A stretch of DNA of 33,137 bases from Promethearchaeota archaeon (GCA_048940925.1 JBHLOC010000052.1:1-33137), one strand, 5' to 3'; positions 1-10,198 are shown, counted from the first letter of the stretch. Numbers and translations: made by a program. Notes: generated by a model from the sequence alone, not told the origin.

Positions 1-19
1 CAAAATCTCGAGATCAACT

Positions 20-508
20 ATGGAATTTCAATTAGATTCATATTGTGGACTATACTGTGGTGCTTGTTTCATTATGAATTCTTATCGCCAAAATCGTAAT
101 GATTGTTTACCAGATGAATGGATAAGCCCTATACATGACAAGGAAATTAAATGCCATGGGTGTAAAAGTGATTTAGTATTTGAAAATTGCCGAGGATGTA
201 GAATTCGCACATGTGCTCAAGCTAAAAAAATTGAGTTTTGTAACGAATGTTCTGAATTTCCCTGTGAAAAAATCAATAATTTAAAAAAACTTAATTTAGC
301 CCATCTTAAAGTAGCTATTCATAATTTAGAAATTATCAAGGAAATAGGTATACAAGAATGGTTAAAACAACAGGAAAAACGTTGGATGTGTTCAAATTGC
401 GGATATTCTTTTTCATGGTATGAAAAAAAATGTACTGAATGTGGTATTGATTTATTTAACAGTATTAAAGAAAAAGCTTTACTCTCAGACTTGGAAAATT
501 CATTATAG
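20..508 (+). CDS. DUF3795-like Cys-rich (Fe-S/Zn-binding) protein with C-terminal zinc ribbon
   Basis: N-terminal CGLYCGAC, then CHGC, CRGCRIRTCA, FCNECSEFPC; C-terminal WxCxxCG...CxxCG. Confidence 0.85.
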   Translation: MEFQLDSYCGLYCGACFIMNSYRQNRNDCLPDEWISPIHDKEIKCHGCKSDLVFENCRGCRIRTCAQAKKIEFCNECSEFPCEKINNLKKLNLAHLKVAIHNLEIIKEIGIQEWLKQQEKRWMCSNCGYSFSWYEKKCTECGIDLFNSIKEKALLSDLENSL

Positions 509-551
509 AAAACATCTTTACAATTAATTTAAAAATTTTTATACTTTCTAT

Positions 552-998
552 ATGAATATGGCTAAAATTCAAATAAAGCCGATTGGTTATGTGAAACGGC
601 AATCAATTGGAGAGGATGATAAAGATAGAAATCTTATTTCAAAGGTAATAATAAATGAAGGTATGAGTAAGGCATTAGATGGTATTGAAGACTTCTCTCA
701 TATTTATATCATCTTCTGGATGGATCAAGTCAAGGATACTAGTTATTTACATTTTCCTCGAAAGGATCAAGATTCCAAACCTATTGGTATATTCGCAACT
801 AGGGCCCCAATTCATCCGAATCCGATTGGATTGACGTTAGTTGAATTTGTAAAACGTGATAAAAATATACTTTGGGTGAAAGGACTCGATGCATTTAATG
901 GAACACCTGTTTTAGACATTAAACCTTATCCTGATTGGGAACATGGGCAATGTATTCTAATTAATGATTTTAGAATTCCAAAATGGTTAAAAAAATAA
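552..998 (+). CDS. trmO: TrmO/TsaA (YaeB) family tRNA m6t6A37 methyltransferase
   Basis: IKPIGYV, LDGIEDFSHIYIIFW, GIFATRAPxHPNPIGLT and GLDAFNGTPVLDIKPY signature motifs. Confidence 0.88.
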   Translation: MNMAKIQIKPIGYVKRQSIGEDDKDRNLISKVIINEGMSKALDGIEDFSHIYIIFWMDQVKDTSYLHFPRKDQDSKPIGIFATRAPIHPNPIGLTLVEFVKRDKNILWVKGLDAFNGTPVLDIKPYPDWEHGQCILINDFRIPKWLKK

Positions 999-1003
999 TT
1001 AAT

Positions 1004-2209
1004 TTAAAATACTTTAATTAGTTTAGTGAGGAATTCAACGCTCCTTTTTTCGTTATTAAGAATCATGTTAATTAAATTAGAGTTATAGATTCTTCGTTCA
1101 GAGCTGTCTAATTTAACAGCAGGCCCCCATAACGTATCTATTACCGGAAATCTATTTCGAATATGGTCTAATATTTCAGCCTTTAAATTAGATACATCAT
1201 ATACAAAAGACTTACTATTACTTATATATTCTACTAATTTTTCTATATTATTTGTTTTATTCCATCTTTTATCCCAATAGGATTGTTTTATAAGGTTTGC
1301 TACATGGGTTGTCTCATAATATATTTTACTTATTGTCTCTAATTCGGAATATTGGGAGTGTTTTTTAGCAGTTTCTTCTAAATATCTACCAGCATTAGAG
1401 CGATCATAAGAAAGTTGTCCAACCTGGGTTGTAACACTCCAAATTACTGGCCAGGTGATTTCTGATTGTTCTATCTCTTCCTTCAAATTAACAAGAGCAG
1501 CTAAACCTTGTTTAACAGATTTTCCTTCCAAAGATGATGTACTATATTTTTGGGCACCGGGATGACTCTTATAAAGTAATGAATCCCCCCTATATAGATT
1601 CACAGCTCGAGTTATTGATTCAAAAACAAGACTTTCTTCCTCTGGTTGTTTTAATTTCTTTTCAAATAGAAAAAGAGGATTATCTGCCCAAATAATAGGT
1701 CCAGGAACAGGACCATCCCATTTTTCTGGAATAGAGATTGTTTCGTATTGAATAGAGTCTAATAAATTCTCTCGACCGATTTGTAAAAAAATTTCATCAG
1801 TATCCTCGTTTAAACCAGTAATAATGTTAGCACCATGATACCATTGACTACCCAAATTAGATGTAATAATAGGATAACCTTGTTCTAATGAATTCATAAT
1901 AAGTTCTTTACTCCTCTCTATTTTTTCATTGATATACCATTTTCCTTCCCAACCAATTGAAGTACAAGCTATCGATATTGTGTCGATCGGTACTCGATCT
2001 CTCATTGGTTCACGTACATCCTCTTTATCATAAACAAATTTGAATGCATCCCCCGATATTCCCGCTAACCACCAAGAATTAGTTTCTTGACCAAGATATC
2101 TTAAACAAGATTCAAGAGCAAGTATAAACATATCTCCAGCATCCCAATTAAGGAAGAAAGCAGGGACATTTTCGATGATCATACAACACCTATCACGACA
2201 AGAATTCAT
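1004..2209 (-). CDS. Hypothetical protein, BtrH N-terminal/C39-peptidase-like fold (true start may be the second Met, MIIENV)
   Basis: 401-aa ORF; LRYLG...LAGISGDAFKF and SLEQGYPII...HGANIITG patterns recall BtrH_N/C39-like domains. Confidence 0.5.
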   Translation of the reverse strand: MNSCRDRCCMIIENVPAFFLNWDAGDMFILALESCLRYLGQETNSWWLAGISGDAFKFVYDKEDVREPMRDRVPIDTISIACTSIGWEGKWYINEKIERSKELIMNSLEQGYPIITSNLGSQWYHGANIITGLNEDTDEIFLQIGRENLLDSIQYETISIPEKWDGPVPGPIIWADNPLFLFEKKLKQPEEESLVFESITRAVNLYRGDSLLYKSHPGAQKYSTSSLEGKSVKQGLAALVNLKEEIEQSEITWPVIWSVTTQVGQLSYDRSNAGRYLEETAKKHSQYSELETISKIYYETTHVANLIKQSYWDKRWNKTNNIEKLVEYISNSKSFVYDVSNLKAEILDHIRNRFPVIDTLWGPAVKLDSSERRIYNSNLINMILNNEKRSVEFLTKLIKVF

Positions 2210-2312
2210 AAAAATAATTAAAATTGAAAATATAGAAGTTGATAAAATGATTATCAGCTTCTTTAATAAATTCTCTTATTTTATGTTAGTTATGGATAGT
2301 AATTAATGATAA

Positions 2313-2678
2313 TTAATACCATTGAGTAGTATCTGCTTCCAGCGTGAGATCATTTAACGTAGCAGCTCCCACTATTTTAACCCCGGGAATTAAATCAACT
2401 TTATCCCATCCTAACATTCTCTTTGAAGCCTCACATACCAGAATTTCAACTCCTGCTTCTAATGTTTTGTCAATCATCTCTTTGACTGTTGGAAAGGAAC
2501 CTAATTTAATTCTTTCAGCTTCACCAGGCTTTAATATTCTTAAGCCTTTTCCTAAGTAATATACCTTAGCGTCTATATCCATTGCTTTTGCAGTCTGAGC
2601 TAAAACAAGAGGAGAATACTGGCGTTCTGGGTCATCACTAGTCTGTACATATAAAATTGATTTTTTTTCCTTACTAAT
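2313..2678 (-). CDS. DsrE/DsrF-like sulfur-relay/peroxiredoxin-family protein (121 aa from an ATT start)
   Basis: GVEILVCEAS, LIPGVKIVGAA and FPTVKEMI motifs; the frame continues 32 codons upstream of the tracked ATG (SILYVQTSDDPERQYSPLVLAQTAKAM) to ATT 6 nt after GAGGTG. Confidence 0.8.
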   Translation of the reverse strand: MSKEKKSILYVQTSDDPERQYSPLVLAQTAKAMDIDAKVYYLGKGLRILKPGEAERIKLGSFPTVKEMIDKTLEAGVEILVCEASKRMLGWDKVDLIPGVKIVGAATLNDLTLEADTTQWY

Positions 2679-3053
2679 TTTTCACACCTCTTTAGACAAA
2701 TTGCTTTTTTATTCAATCAAAAAACCACTAATTCCGGTTAAATTGAAAGTATAAATGTTCGTATAGTTTTTTTAAAGAAAAATTAAAATTTCAATTATAA
2801 TCAATCATCAAATTTAATTGAGAGTTTATATAATATTACCATTCTTACTTTTTAATTAAATAAGCATATTTTCACTTGCTAAGCGTAATTTTAAATTAAC
2901 CCAATTAAATGCTATCTATTAATTTGTTATAGAGACAATGATCTAAAAATAACTAATTTAAGTCTGAAGAAAAGCTGGAACCTGAGTTATCTAGTGCAAC
3001 TTTAAAGTTTTTTAAAGATGTTTTTTTTATCATATTAATAAATGGTGTAATAG

Positions 3054-3746
3054 GTGTGTCAAATTTTGAATCTTATTCCCTTATTCTCATCTTTTGTTTC
3101 ATTTGTTTTTGCAGTGTTATTGTTAATTCAATTCATCAAAAGACGTAAGATCCATCAATTATTGTGGATGATCGCATTATTGTTTTTTGGAATATCCACT
3201 TTAATGGAACTATTAATGAATCCAGATATTTTTGGTTTCAATCTTATTCTCTTCAGTATATTCTATGTAACCGCATCTTCATTAGTAGGATTCTTGGGCG
3301 CGGGACAATTATATTTAATATTTAAAAACAAAATTTCCCATTTTTTCTTATTATTTGTAATCCTTTTCACACTATTCCTTCTCATAGCTTTAATCATTGT
3401 TCCTTTTCCCACATCTTTAACCTTCGTAGGTGAACTTGGAGAAGATATTCGCGTCATTTCTAATGGATATCCTATTTCTGTCAGGATTTTTGCAATTTTG
3501 TTAGCCTCTGTGGGAGGAATAATATTACTTTTAGGTTCTCTATATAGCTTCGTTAGAGACAGAAAGCGGTATTATGCACTTTTTTTTGCAGTTGGTGTAA
3601 TTTTTCCTTTACTTCGCAATGTTCCTTTTGGTTATCTTGGAAATGAATTAGCATGCGTAATTTTCTTGTTTACTGGATTTTTATTGAGCATTTTATATTT
3701 AAAAAAAAGATCAAATCTTATGGAATCCATTAAAAATTTTACATGA
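3054..3746 (+). CDS. Integral membrane protein, about 7 TM helices, unknown function
   Basis: 230-aa ORF with about seven hydrophobic segments; HQLLWMIAL and GFLGAGQLYL motifs. Confidence 0.8.
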   Translation: MCQILNLIPLFSSFVSFVFAVLLLIQFIKRRKIHQLLWMIALLFFGISTLMELLMNPDIFGFNLILFSIFYVTASSLVGFLGAGQLYLIFKNKISHFFLLFVILFTLFLLIALIIVPFPTSLTFVGELGEDIRVISNGYPISVRIFAILLASVGGIILLLGSLYSFVRDRKRYYALFFAVGVIFPLLRNVPFGYLGNELACVIFLFTGFLLSILYLKKRSNLMESIKNFT

Positions 3747-3941
3747 AAACTAACTATTAGAGATATTATAATACTAGTTCCATAATCTGTATATCAAAAA
3801 TTTTAAAAGCAAGATTGAAAAATTTATGTGATAATTATTGATTTATTTTGCAATGTTGAATTTGTGTAAGTGATACTTTGAATTAATAAACACCTTCCAA
3901 TATTTTCCCTATATAAATAATAGTTTTAACTGCTCTTGATA

Positions 3942-5774
3942 TTATTCAATATTACCGAAATATTTTTGGATTAAATTATTCAAATCTAACCAATTATCTT
4001 GATCGGAACAATTTTCTTCTATGTCTTCAATTAAATCTCTATAATTTATATCAAATTCCGTAACTAAAGCTTTTAATTTCCTCTCAAGCAAATTTATATT
4101 TTCTTTTACAATGAGTACAAATACAACATCTTTCGTATTATTTAAATTAAATATTATTGTTCGGTCACCGTGATTTATTGATTTAATTTGAGTTTCTCCC
4201 TTAAGAATTGCTTTTAAAATTGTCATTAACCCTATAATTCCTCCAGAAATTAAAGATGAATCATTAAATCCCTCCAAATTATTAAAGGCATAATCATATA
4301 GCGGTATACCAGATTTATAAATTATATAAAGATGGATTAACACGTCTCTCCATTCTTTTAATGGTAAGCAAATTCTAAATACAGAGTAATTTTCTTTTTC
4401 TTCTGAATCAATATGAATTTGACCCTTATGTAAATCTATTATTTGTTTCGAAAATGAAATTTCTTGATATATTTCATCTCCAGGAGATTGATACAGTTTA
4501 CCCTTTATCCCTATTTCTCCGAAATTATTAACATTTTTTAGATTAATTAAAATATCCTGATCATTTGAATTTCTCCTTATGTAAGAGATAATTTCATTTA
4601 TTACTAGCCTAATCCTCAACTTATCTACTTCAGAATATAAATCTTCAGAAAGATCTATATTAGTTTTTATCTTTCGTGCCTCTTCTTTATCATTTAATGA
4701 ATTGATTAATTCCAATATAATTTCAGACAAACTTTCAGTTTGTTTATTTAAAATCAATTGATCAGATTCCATCTTAGAAATGTTGACTATTTTTCCTACC
4801 AAATCTAAAGATTTTTCCCCCTCATTTTTAATCAATTCTAAGAGTTTTAATACATCATCATCTAATTTATCTCTATAAGAATTTAAAATGATATTAGTAG
4901 CGTTTGATAATACATTTATTGGATTTTTTAATTGTTCTGAAGCTTTACTAGTCATTTTTTTTTTCATGTTATCGAGATCCCTTAACCTCCTATTTTCTTC
5001 TCGGATAATTCTTTCTGCGAGTATTTTTTCAGTGATATCCTGCAACATAACCTGCACAAGTTTTTTATCTCCTATTTTAAATATCGAAAAAAATGCTTGT
5101 ACCCACGATTTTTTGTCATAAGTTCTAAATTCCATGACTTCGCTTAAACCATACTCGAGAACATTTTGAAAAACTTCATTATAATCATCTTTCTGATTTT
5201 CATTTAATTGGATAATATCTGAGAATGGAATATTTTTTAAATCATTCTTCTGTTTATTTAGATATAATTCAGCAGAACTATTACAATCATATACACGCTG
5301 TTGAGAATCTAATAAAAGTATTGAATATGGAAAGCTTTCCACTAAATTCCGATATTTTTCTTCTGATTCTCTTAAAATTTTTTCTGTTCTTTTCCATTTA
5401 GTTATATCTCTTCCAACCTTTATGATTTGCTCAATATTACCATCTTTGTTCTTAATTGGATAGGCTAAAAATTCTATATATAATTCTTCTTCATTAACAT
5501 GATGAATATGAGTAGATTTATTAAAATTGCCAGTCCTTAACACATCCTCAACGGGGCATTGGCATTCTGGAGGTTTACAAATGGATTTTTTCCCATGCGT
5601 TAACTTAAAACATTTGTTTCCTATAATTTGCTTTTTGTTTAAACCATATTTTAAACAAAAAGTTTCATTCACATCTTTGATTGATAAATCTTTATCTAAG
5701 ATCATAATTTCATCAAATATAGAATCTAAAATTATCCTAAAACGTTCATTTTCTTGTTTTATACTATATTCCAT
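3942..5774 (-). CDS. PAS-PAS-degenerate HisKA/HATPase (pseudokinase) fused to a C-terminal longin-like domain
   Basis: Two PAS/PAC units ending RDIT and QDIT; H-box SEQLKNP lacks His; N/G boxes lost; tail LIHLYIIYKSGIPLY...LISGGIIGL...VVFVLIV...LKALVTEF has the longin pattern. Confidence 0.8.
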   Translation of the reverse strand: MEYSIKQENERFRIILDSIFDEIMILDKDLSIKDVNETFCLKYGLNKKQIIGNKCFKLTHGKKSICKPPECQCPVEDVLRTGNFNKSTHIHHVNEEELYIEFLAYPIKNKDGNIEQIIKVGRDITKWKRTEKILRESEEKYRNLVESFPYSILLLDSQQRVYDCNSSAELYLNKQKNDLKNIPFSDIIQLNENQKDDYNEVFQNVLEYGLSEVMEFRTYDKKSWVQAFFSIFKIGDKKLVQVMLQDITEKILAERIIREENRRLRDLDNMKKKMTSKASEQLKNPINVLSNATNIILNSYRDKLDDDVLKLLELIKNEGEKSLDLVGKIVNISKMESDQLILNKQTESLSEIILELINSLNDKEEARKIKTNIDLSEDLYSEVDKLRIRLVINEIISYIRRNSNDQDILINLKNVNNFGEIGIKGKLYQSPGDEIYQEISFSKQIIDLHKGQIHIDSEEKENYSVFRICLPLKEWRDVLIHLYIIYKSGIPLYDYAFNNLEGFNDSSLISGGIIGLMTILKAILKGETQIKSINHGDRTIIFNLNNTKDVVFVLIVKENINLLERKLKALVTEFDINYRDLIEDIEENCSDQDNWLDLNNLIQKYFGNIE

Positions 5775-5793
5775 TTTTATATCACCTAAAAAG

Positions 5794-7356
5794 TTATACT
5801 GTTATTTTTTTTCTATTATTTTTTTGTTCCTCATAAACAATGGGATTTAAAAGTTCAAATAAAATGATAAAATTACTCCCCTTAGTATAATCACCCTTAA
5901 CTTTATTTTCTATCCAGATTTTCCCATTATAGCTTTCTATTATCTTTTTTACAAGCGATAAACCTATTCCTAAACCTTTAATTGAATCAACTCTCTCTTT
6001 GTATCCTCGCTTGAAAACTAATTCTTTCAATTGATCTGGAATTCCTCTGCCATTATCAATAAATTCAATTTTAAGATATGTATTCCTATTTTCTTGAACT
6101 TTTGATATTCTGATAATTATCTCAATTATTGAATTATCATTATGTCGGACACAATTTAATAAAATATTTTCAAATAAATCAATTAAAAGATTATTTCCTT
6201 TAATGTAATAAGGTTTTTCGGGTGCGCTTAATTGGATGTTAATCTTTTTTTCTTGAAACATTGTAGTAATATATTTGATCGATTGTCTTAAGATCGGATA
6301 AACTTCCATTCGTGTAAATTTTCCTTTATCTGCTTCAATTTCAGACAGTTTAATAACGTTTGATATTAATTTCCCTGCTCTGTTAATTTGTTCTTCAGCA
6401 ACCTGGATTAATTCTTCAAAATTTTCAATTTTTATGGATTCATTTTGACATAATGGTAATAGTTCTATAAATGAAACAAAAAATTGAAAAATATTGTTAA
6501 TATCATGAACAAAGATATCTTTATACAAGTTGATTTGATTATAAGCATCTCGATATCTTTTTTCTGACTCTTTCAACATTTGCTCTGATTTTTTCCGTTC
6601 AGATATATCCCTTATTATATCTATAACTGCTGGTTGTCCTTTAAAGTTCAAAATTGGAGTACAACTATATTCAAAATGCTTAGTTTCAGTTTTATTTGGG
6701 TTAAAGTAAATTAATTCATACCTTCTGTTGACATCGTAATTATTGGATAATATGTTAAATGAACAGTGCTCGCATATACTTTTATTACTTGTTAAAATGT
6801 TATAACATTCTTTTCCAATTTGATGACTTCCAAACATCTCTTTGGCCTTTTTGTTCATATAAAATATTTTCAAATCTTTTGATATAACAATAATTGAATC
6901 ATTAGTGTTTGATAAGATTAAATTCAATTCTTCTTCAGATTCCTTGATTTGTTGATTAATTGTCATGCGTTTCGTGATATCTCTTCCAAGCTTAACGATT
7001 TGTTCAATATTGCCATTCTTATCCTTTATTGGATAAGCTAGAATCTCTAAATATATTTCTTTTTCATCAATATGATGACTATGAACTGATTCCGCAAATT
7101 TACCCGTTTTTAAAACATCCTCAACTGGACATTTACATTCTGGAGGTTTACAAATAGAATTTCTCCCATGAGTTACTTTGTAACACTTATTTGCTATGAC
7201 ATTTTCCTTATCGACGTTATATTTTAAACAAAAAGATTTATTCACATCTTTTATTGAAAAATCTTTATTTAAAATCATTATTTCATCTGAAATGGAATCA
7301 AAAATTGATATCAAGTTCTTTCCTTTTTGATTATAATTGTCTGGCAATTCATTCAC
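5794..7356 (-). CDS. Cytoplasmic PAS-PAS sensor histidine kinase
   Basis: H-box FVHDINN, N-box ENILLNCVRH, G1 DNGRG, G2 GLGIGL, G3 GSNF; two PAS domains; no TM segment. Confidence 0.92.
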   Translation of the reverse strand: MNELPDNYNQKGKNLISIFDSISDEIMILNKDFSIKDVNKSFCLKYNVDKENVIANKCYKVTHGRNSICKPPECKCPVEDVLKTGKFAESVHSHHIDEKEIYLEILAYPIKDKNGNIEQIVKLGRDITKRMTINQQIKESEEELNLILSNTNDSIIVISKDLKIFYMNKKAKEMFGSHQIGKECYNILTSNKSICEHCSFNILSNNYDVNRRYELIYFNPNKTETKHFEYSCTPILNFKGQPAVIDIIRDISERKKSEQMLKESEKRYRDAYNQINLYKDIFVHDINNIFQFFVSFIELLPLCQNESIKIENFEELIQVAEEQINRAGKLISNVIKLSEIEADKGKFTRMEVYPILRQSIKYITTMFQEKKINIQLSAPEKPYYIKGNNLLIDLFENILLNCVRHNDNSIIEIIIRISKVQENRNTYLKIEFIDNGRGIPDQLKELVFKRGYKERVDSIKGLGIGLSLVKKIIESYNGKIWIENKVKGDYTKGSNFIILFELLNPIVYEEQKNNRKKITV

Positions 7357-7413
7357 TTTAAAAAATATTTTTTTTAATTAAATTAAAATTTGATTTATTT
7401 TCATTTTGAAATG

Positions 7414-8124
7414 CTATTTTAATGACTCCTTAAAGTTTAAAAACTTTTTCTCATTAAATATCTCCTTCTCTTTATGATAAAACATACAACTTTGTTTTTC
7501 TAGGCCAGTCACATAAATATTTTTTTTAGCACACCAATAAAGACCTGTTGGATTAGGATTGTAAGCATATCTACAGTCTGAAGATATAAATTCTTTTTTT
7601 TCTTCTCTCCAATTAAAATATTCAAACATTCTTTCGCAAAAAGTTTCAGAATTTTCATCAAACGGATAACTCATTATACAATGCGTTCCAATTACCGTTT
7701 TCCTTAACTTTACAGGAATAAATCCTAATTTACTGAAAAATCTTAATTTATCTTGTTTGCAGCTTACCACTAATAAAAAAATATAAAATTTTTTATATTC
7801 TCTAATTTCATTTTCAATAATTGATTTAATTAATTGCGAACCTAATCCGATTCTTCTGCAATTTTTTCTAATTTCAATTGTATCTAAGTAAAAAAGAGAG
7901 ATATCATTATATATAGATAGAAAGATTAAATTTAGACAGCCAACAATCTTATTAAATTCATTCAAAAGGTAATGAGTCTTATTTAGATATCCAAAATACC
8001 AATTTTCTTCCAAACCAGAATTCTCTATATATCTTGATGGTATCTCATCTTTTCGATATATTTTGTATTTGTAATCTTGGATTAAAAAGTTCCCCGGATT
8101 TCCTTTATGGGTATCTAATATAAT
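7414..8124 (-). CDS. GNAT N-acetyltransferase with C-terminal three-Cys microdomain (start uncertain: ATT 8124/ATA 8121 or TTG 8013)
   Basis: Acetyl-CoA motif A IRKNCRRIGLGSQLI and FFSKLGF; frame open upstream to a GAGGAG site at 8133-8138; tail SDC...WC...SCMFY. Confidence 0.8.
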   Translation of the reverse strand: MILDTHKGNPGNFLIQDYKYKIYRKDEIPSRYIENSGLEENWYFGYLNKTHYLLNEFNKIVGCLNLIFLSIYNDISLFYLDTIEIRKNCRRIGLGSQLIKSIIENEIREYKKFYIFLLVVSCKQDKLRFFSKLGFIPVKLRKTVIGTHCIMSYPFDENSETFCERMFEYFNWREEKKEFISSDCRYAYNPNPTGLYWCAKKNIYVTGLEKQSCMFYHKEKEIFNEKKFLNFKESLK

Positions 8125-8239
8125 AAAATAATCTCCTCTTGTTATTTTATATAATCATAAATTAAACAAAGATACTCTCTTTTATCTGCATGACTTTTTC
8201 TGTTTACCTGTTGAGATCGTAATTGTATGACCAAATTAA

Positions 8240-8698
8240 TTATAACAATTTAACCAAATTGCCCATTTTATCAAAATTGTCAGTCTTTGTTAATGTCGAA
8301 AGATATTCTCCTAATTTATATATTGTTTGATTTAATTCAAATAATACAACCCCTAAATTCAAATAAATTGGGAATAACACTGACATCATAACTTCATTTG
8401 TTATTGATTGAAGAATAATCATAAATCCGTTATCATCTATTTGATTACCCGCTTGGATTTTAATTTGCTTCAAACAATTTTTATTTTTTATAATAGTAAG
8501 GCCATTTTCAGCCAATGAAATTACTCCCGCACATATAGCGGCTATAGACTGAAAATAATCTCCATCCTCATTAAAATTAGCAATATCGATTGCAATAATA
8601 AAACCATCTTGGGTAAACAGCATAGAGTTAATAATACCTGTTTGTTCTCTCAACTTTTTTAAAATATCATAAATCTCTTTTTCAGTTATATTAAACAT
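8240..8698 (-). CDS. Roadblock/LC7 (MglB/LAMTOR-like) protein
   Basis: SMLFTQDGFIIA, IAAICAGVISLAE, LNLGVVLFEL; overlaps the GTPase stop codon. Confidence 0.88.
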   Translation of the reverse strand: MFNITEKEIYDILKKLREQTGIINSMLFTQDGFIIAIDIANFNEDGDYFQSIAAICAGVISLAENGLTIIKNKNCLKQIKIQAGNQIDDNGFMIILQSITNEVMMSVLFPIYLNLGVVLFELNQTIYKLGEYLSTLTKTDNFDKMGNLVKLL

Positions 8699-9341
8699 CT
8701 AACACAGACACCTCATCTTTATGTACTATTTTTTCCGAATTTCCCTTTAAAATAATTTTAAGTACAGCAATAACTGCATCTTTTATTCCAATATTACATT
8801 TAGCGGACCCTTTATACACTTCCTCACCTATTAAATTCTTAATCATTTCAATGTCATGGTAATCGCTTCTATCAGATTTATTAGCTATTATTTTCATAGG
8901 AATATTGTATCCTAATGAGATTTTTGTTTCTTCTAGAATAACTAATGCGTTACCTATATTAGATAAATCACAACCATCTATTAACATAATAACACCATCA
9001 CTACCTTTTGCTAATATTTTTCTAACTGAAGCAAATTGCATCTGTCCAGGACATCCTTTTAGTTCTAATTCTATTATATGCCAACCAGAGTATTCATCTT
9101 TGTCTCTCATATATTCAATTTTACTCATGATTAAGCCATTTGTTTCAAAATTTAAGTTTGGTCTAACCCAAACTAATCTTGCTAAATCAAAACCTGTAGT
9201 AGTATGCGTTTTATCATCATCATATGGGATATTTAATTCTTTTTCCACAGAAATTGCTTTATCATCAAGAGTATGAATTAAAGTCGTTTTACCTGAATTA
9301 AAAAATCCAGTGACAAAAATTTTAATCTTATTATTTAACAT
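8691..9341 (-). CDS. Small GTPase, MglA/conservon CvnD-like (ATP_bind_1 type)
   Basis: G1 GFFNSGKT, switch I KTHTTTGFD, G3 GCPGQ, G4 NKSD, G5 SAK; adjacent to a roadblock gene. Confidence 0.88.
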   Translation of the reverse strand: MLNNKIKIFVTGFFNSGKTTLIHTLDDKAISVEKELNIPYDDDKTHTTTGFDLARLVWVRPNLNFETNGLIMSKIEYMRDKDEYSGWHIIELELKGCPGQMQFASVRKILAKGSDGVIMLIDGCDLSNIGNALVILEETKISLGYNIPMKIIANKSDRSDYHDIEMIKNLIGEEVYKGSAKCNIGIKDAVIAVLKIILKGNSEKIVHKDEVSVLDV

Positions 9342-9708
9342 TTTATATTTCCTTTCTTATTATTATTTTTATAAAAAAACTCTGCTTAATTCTTGTTTTC
9401 ATATAAAAATCTTTTCTTAACTATTTTCTTTTGAAATCTTTTTCCCTAACCCGTAATACTAATATATATTTATTTATTTAAATTTATTTTTTTAGTAAAA
9501 CCACAAAAAGATCTATATTAATTAAAATAAATTCTACATATTCTAAAGATTCACTATGATTATTTCTCTTTAATAACTTTTTCTTATAGAAAGATTTATA
9601 TATAAATTTTTTCATATCCTTTTCGTATAAAAAAATATGTATATAATAAAAATTCATAACAAAAACAAAATAACATCATAAAAACCATAAAAGAATAGAT
9701 GACAAATT
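9342..9708. promoter_or_regulatory. Divergent promoter region of the signalling cluster
   Basis: 367-bp very AT-rich gap between head-to-head genes with TATA-like runs (e.g. GATTTATATATAAA near 9593-9606); start sites not resolvable. Confidence 0.55.
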
Positions 9709-10179
9709 ATGGCAAATTATAAACAATTGTTGGATATATCAAATGCAACACTAGTTGCGATGGGAAAAGCTATGATAAACATGGGATTAAATATCCCCTT
9801 AGTATGGAATGAATGTGCAAATGTGTTCGAAAATAGTGCAAAAAATCTTTTAAAAGACGCTGGTATGGTAATTGAGGGTGATAATGTTAAGTCTATTACT
9901 GAAGATTTTACTAAAAAGGTGAAAGATTTAGGTTTCTGCCAAAGAGCTAATATTTTAGAACTCACTGACGAGAAACTTGTCATTGATCTTGGAGAATGCG
10001 TCTTTGCTTCTGCCACCAAAGTCTTTAGAGGTAATGATCGAGATTTTATTCCTCCATGTCCATTTATGTCGATGCTGTACAGCACAATCACTGAAAAAAC
10101 AGGTAAAATAGGGTATATCGAAGCCTGTCAATGGAAACCTGAACAAAATACATCAATTTTTACCGTAAGGTTAGAATAA
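9709..10179 (+). CDS. Stand-alone V4R / methanogen-output-domain-like protein with conserved Cys
   Basis: LVIDLGECVFA...PPCPFMSML...IEAC...SIFTVRL topology typical of V4R/MetOD1-like folds. Confidence 0.65.
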   Translation: MANYKQLLDISNATLVAMGKAMINMGLNIPLVWNECANVFENSAKNLLKDAGMVIEGDNVKSITEDFTKKVKDLGFCQRANILELTDEKLVIDLGECVFASATKVFRGNDRDFIPPCPFMSMLYSTITEKTGKIGYIEACQWKPEQNTSIFTVRLE

Positions 10180-10198
10180 TTTAGGAGTGATGACAAAT

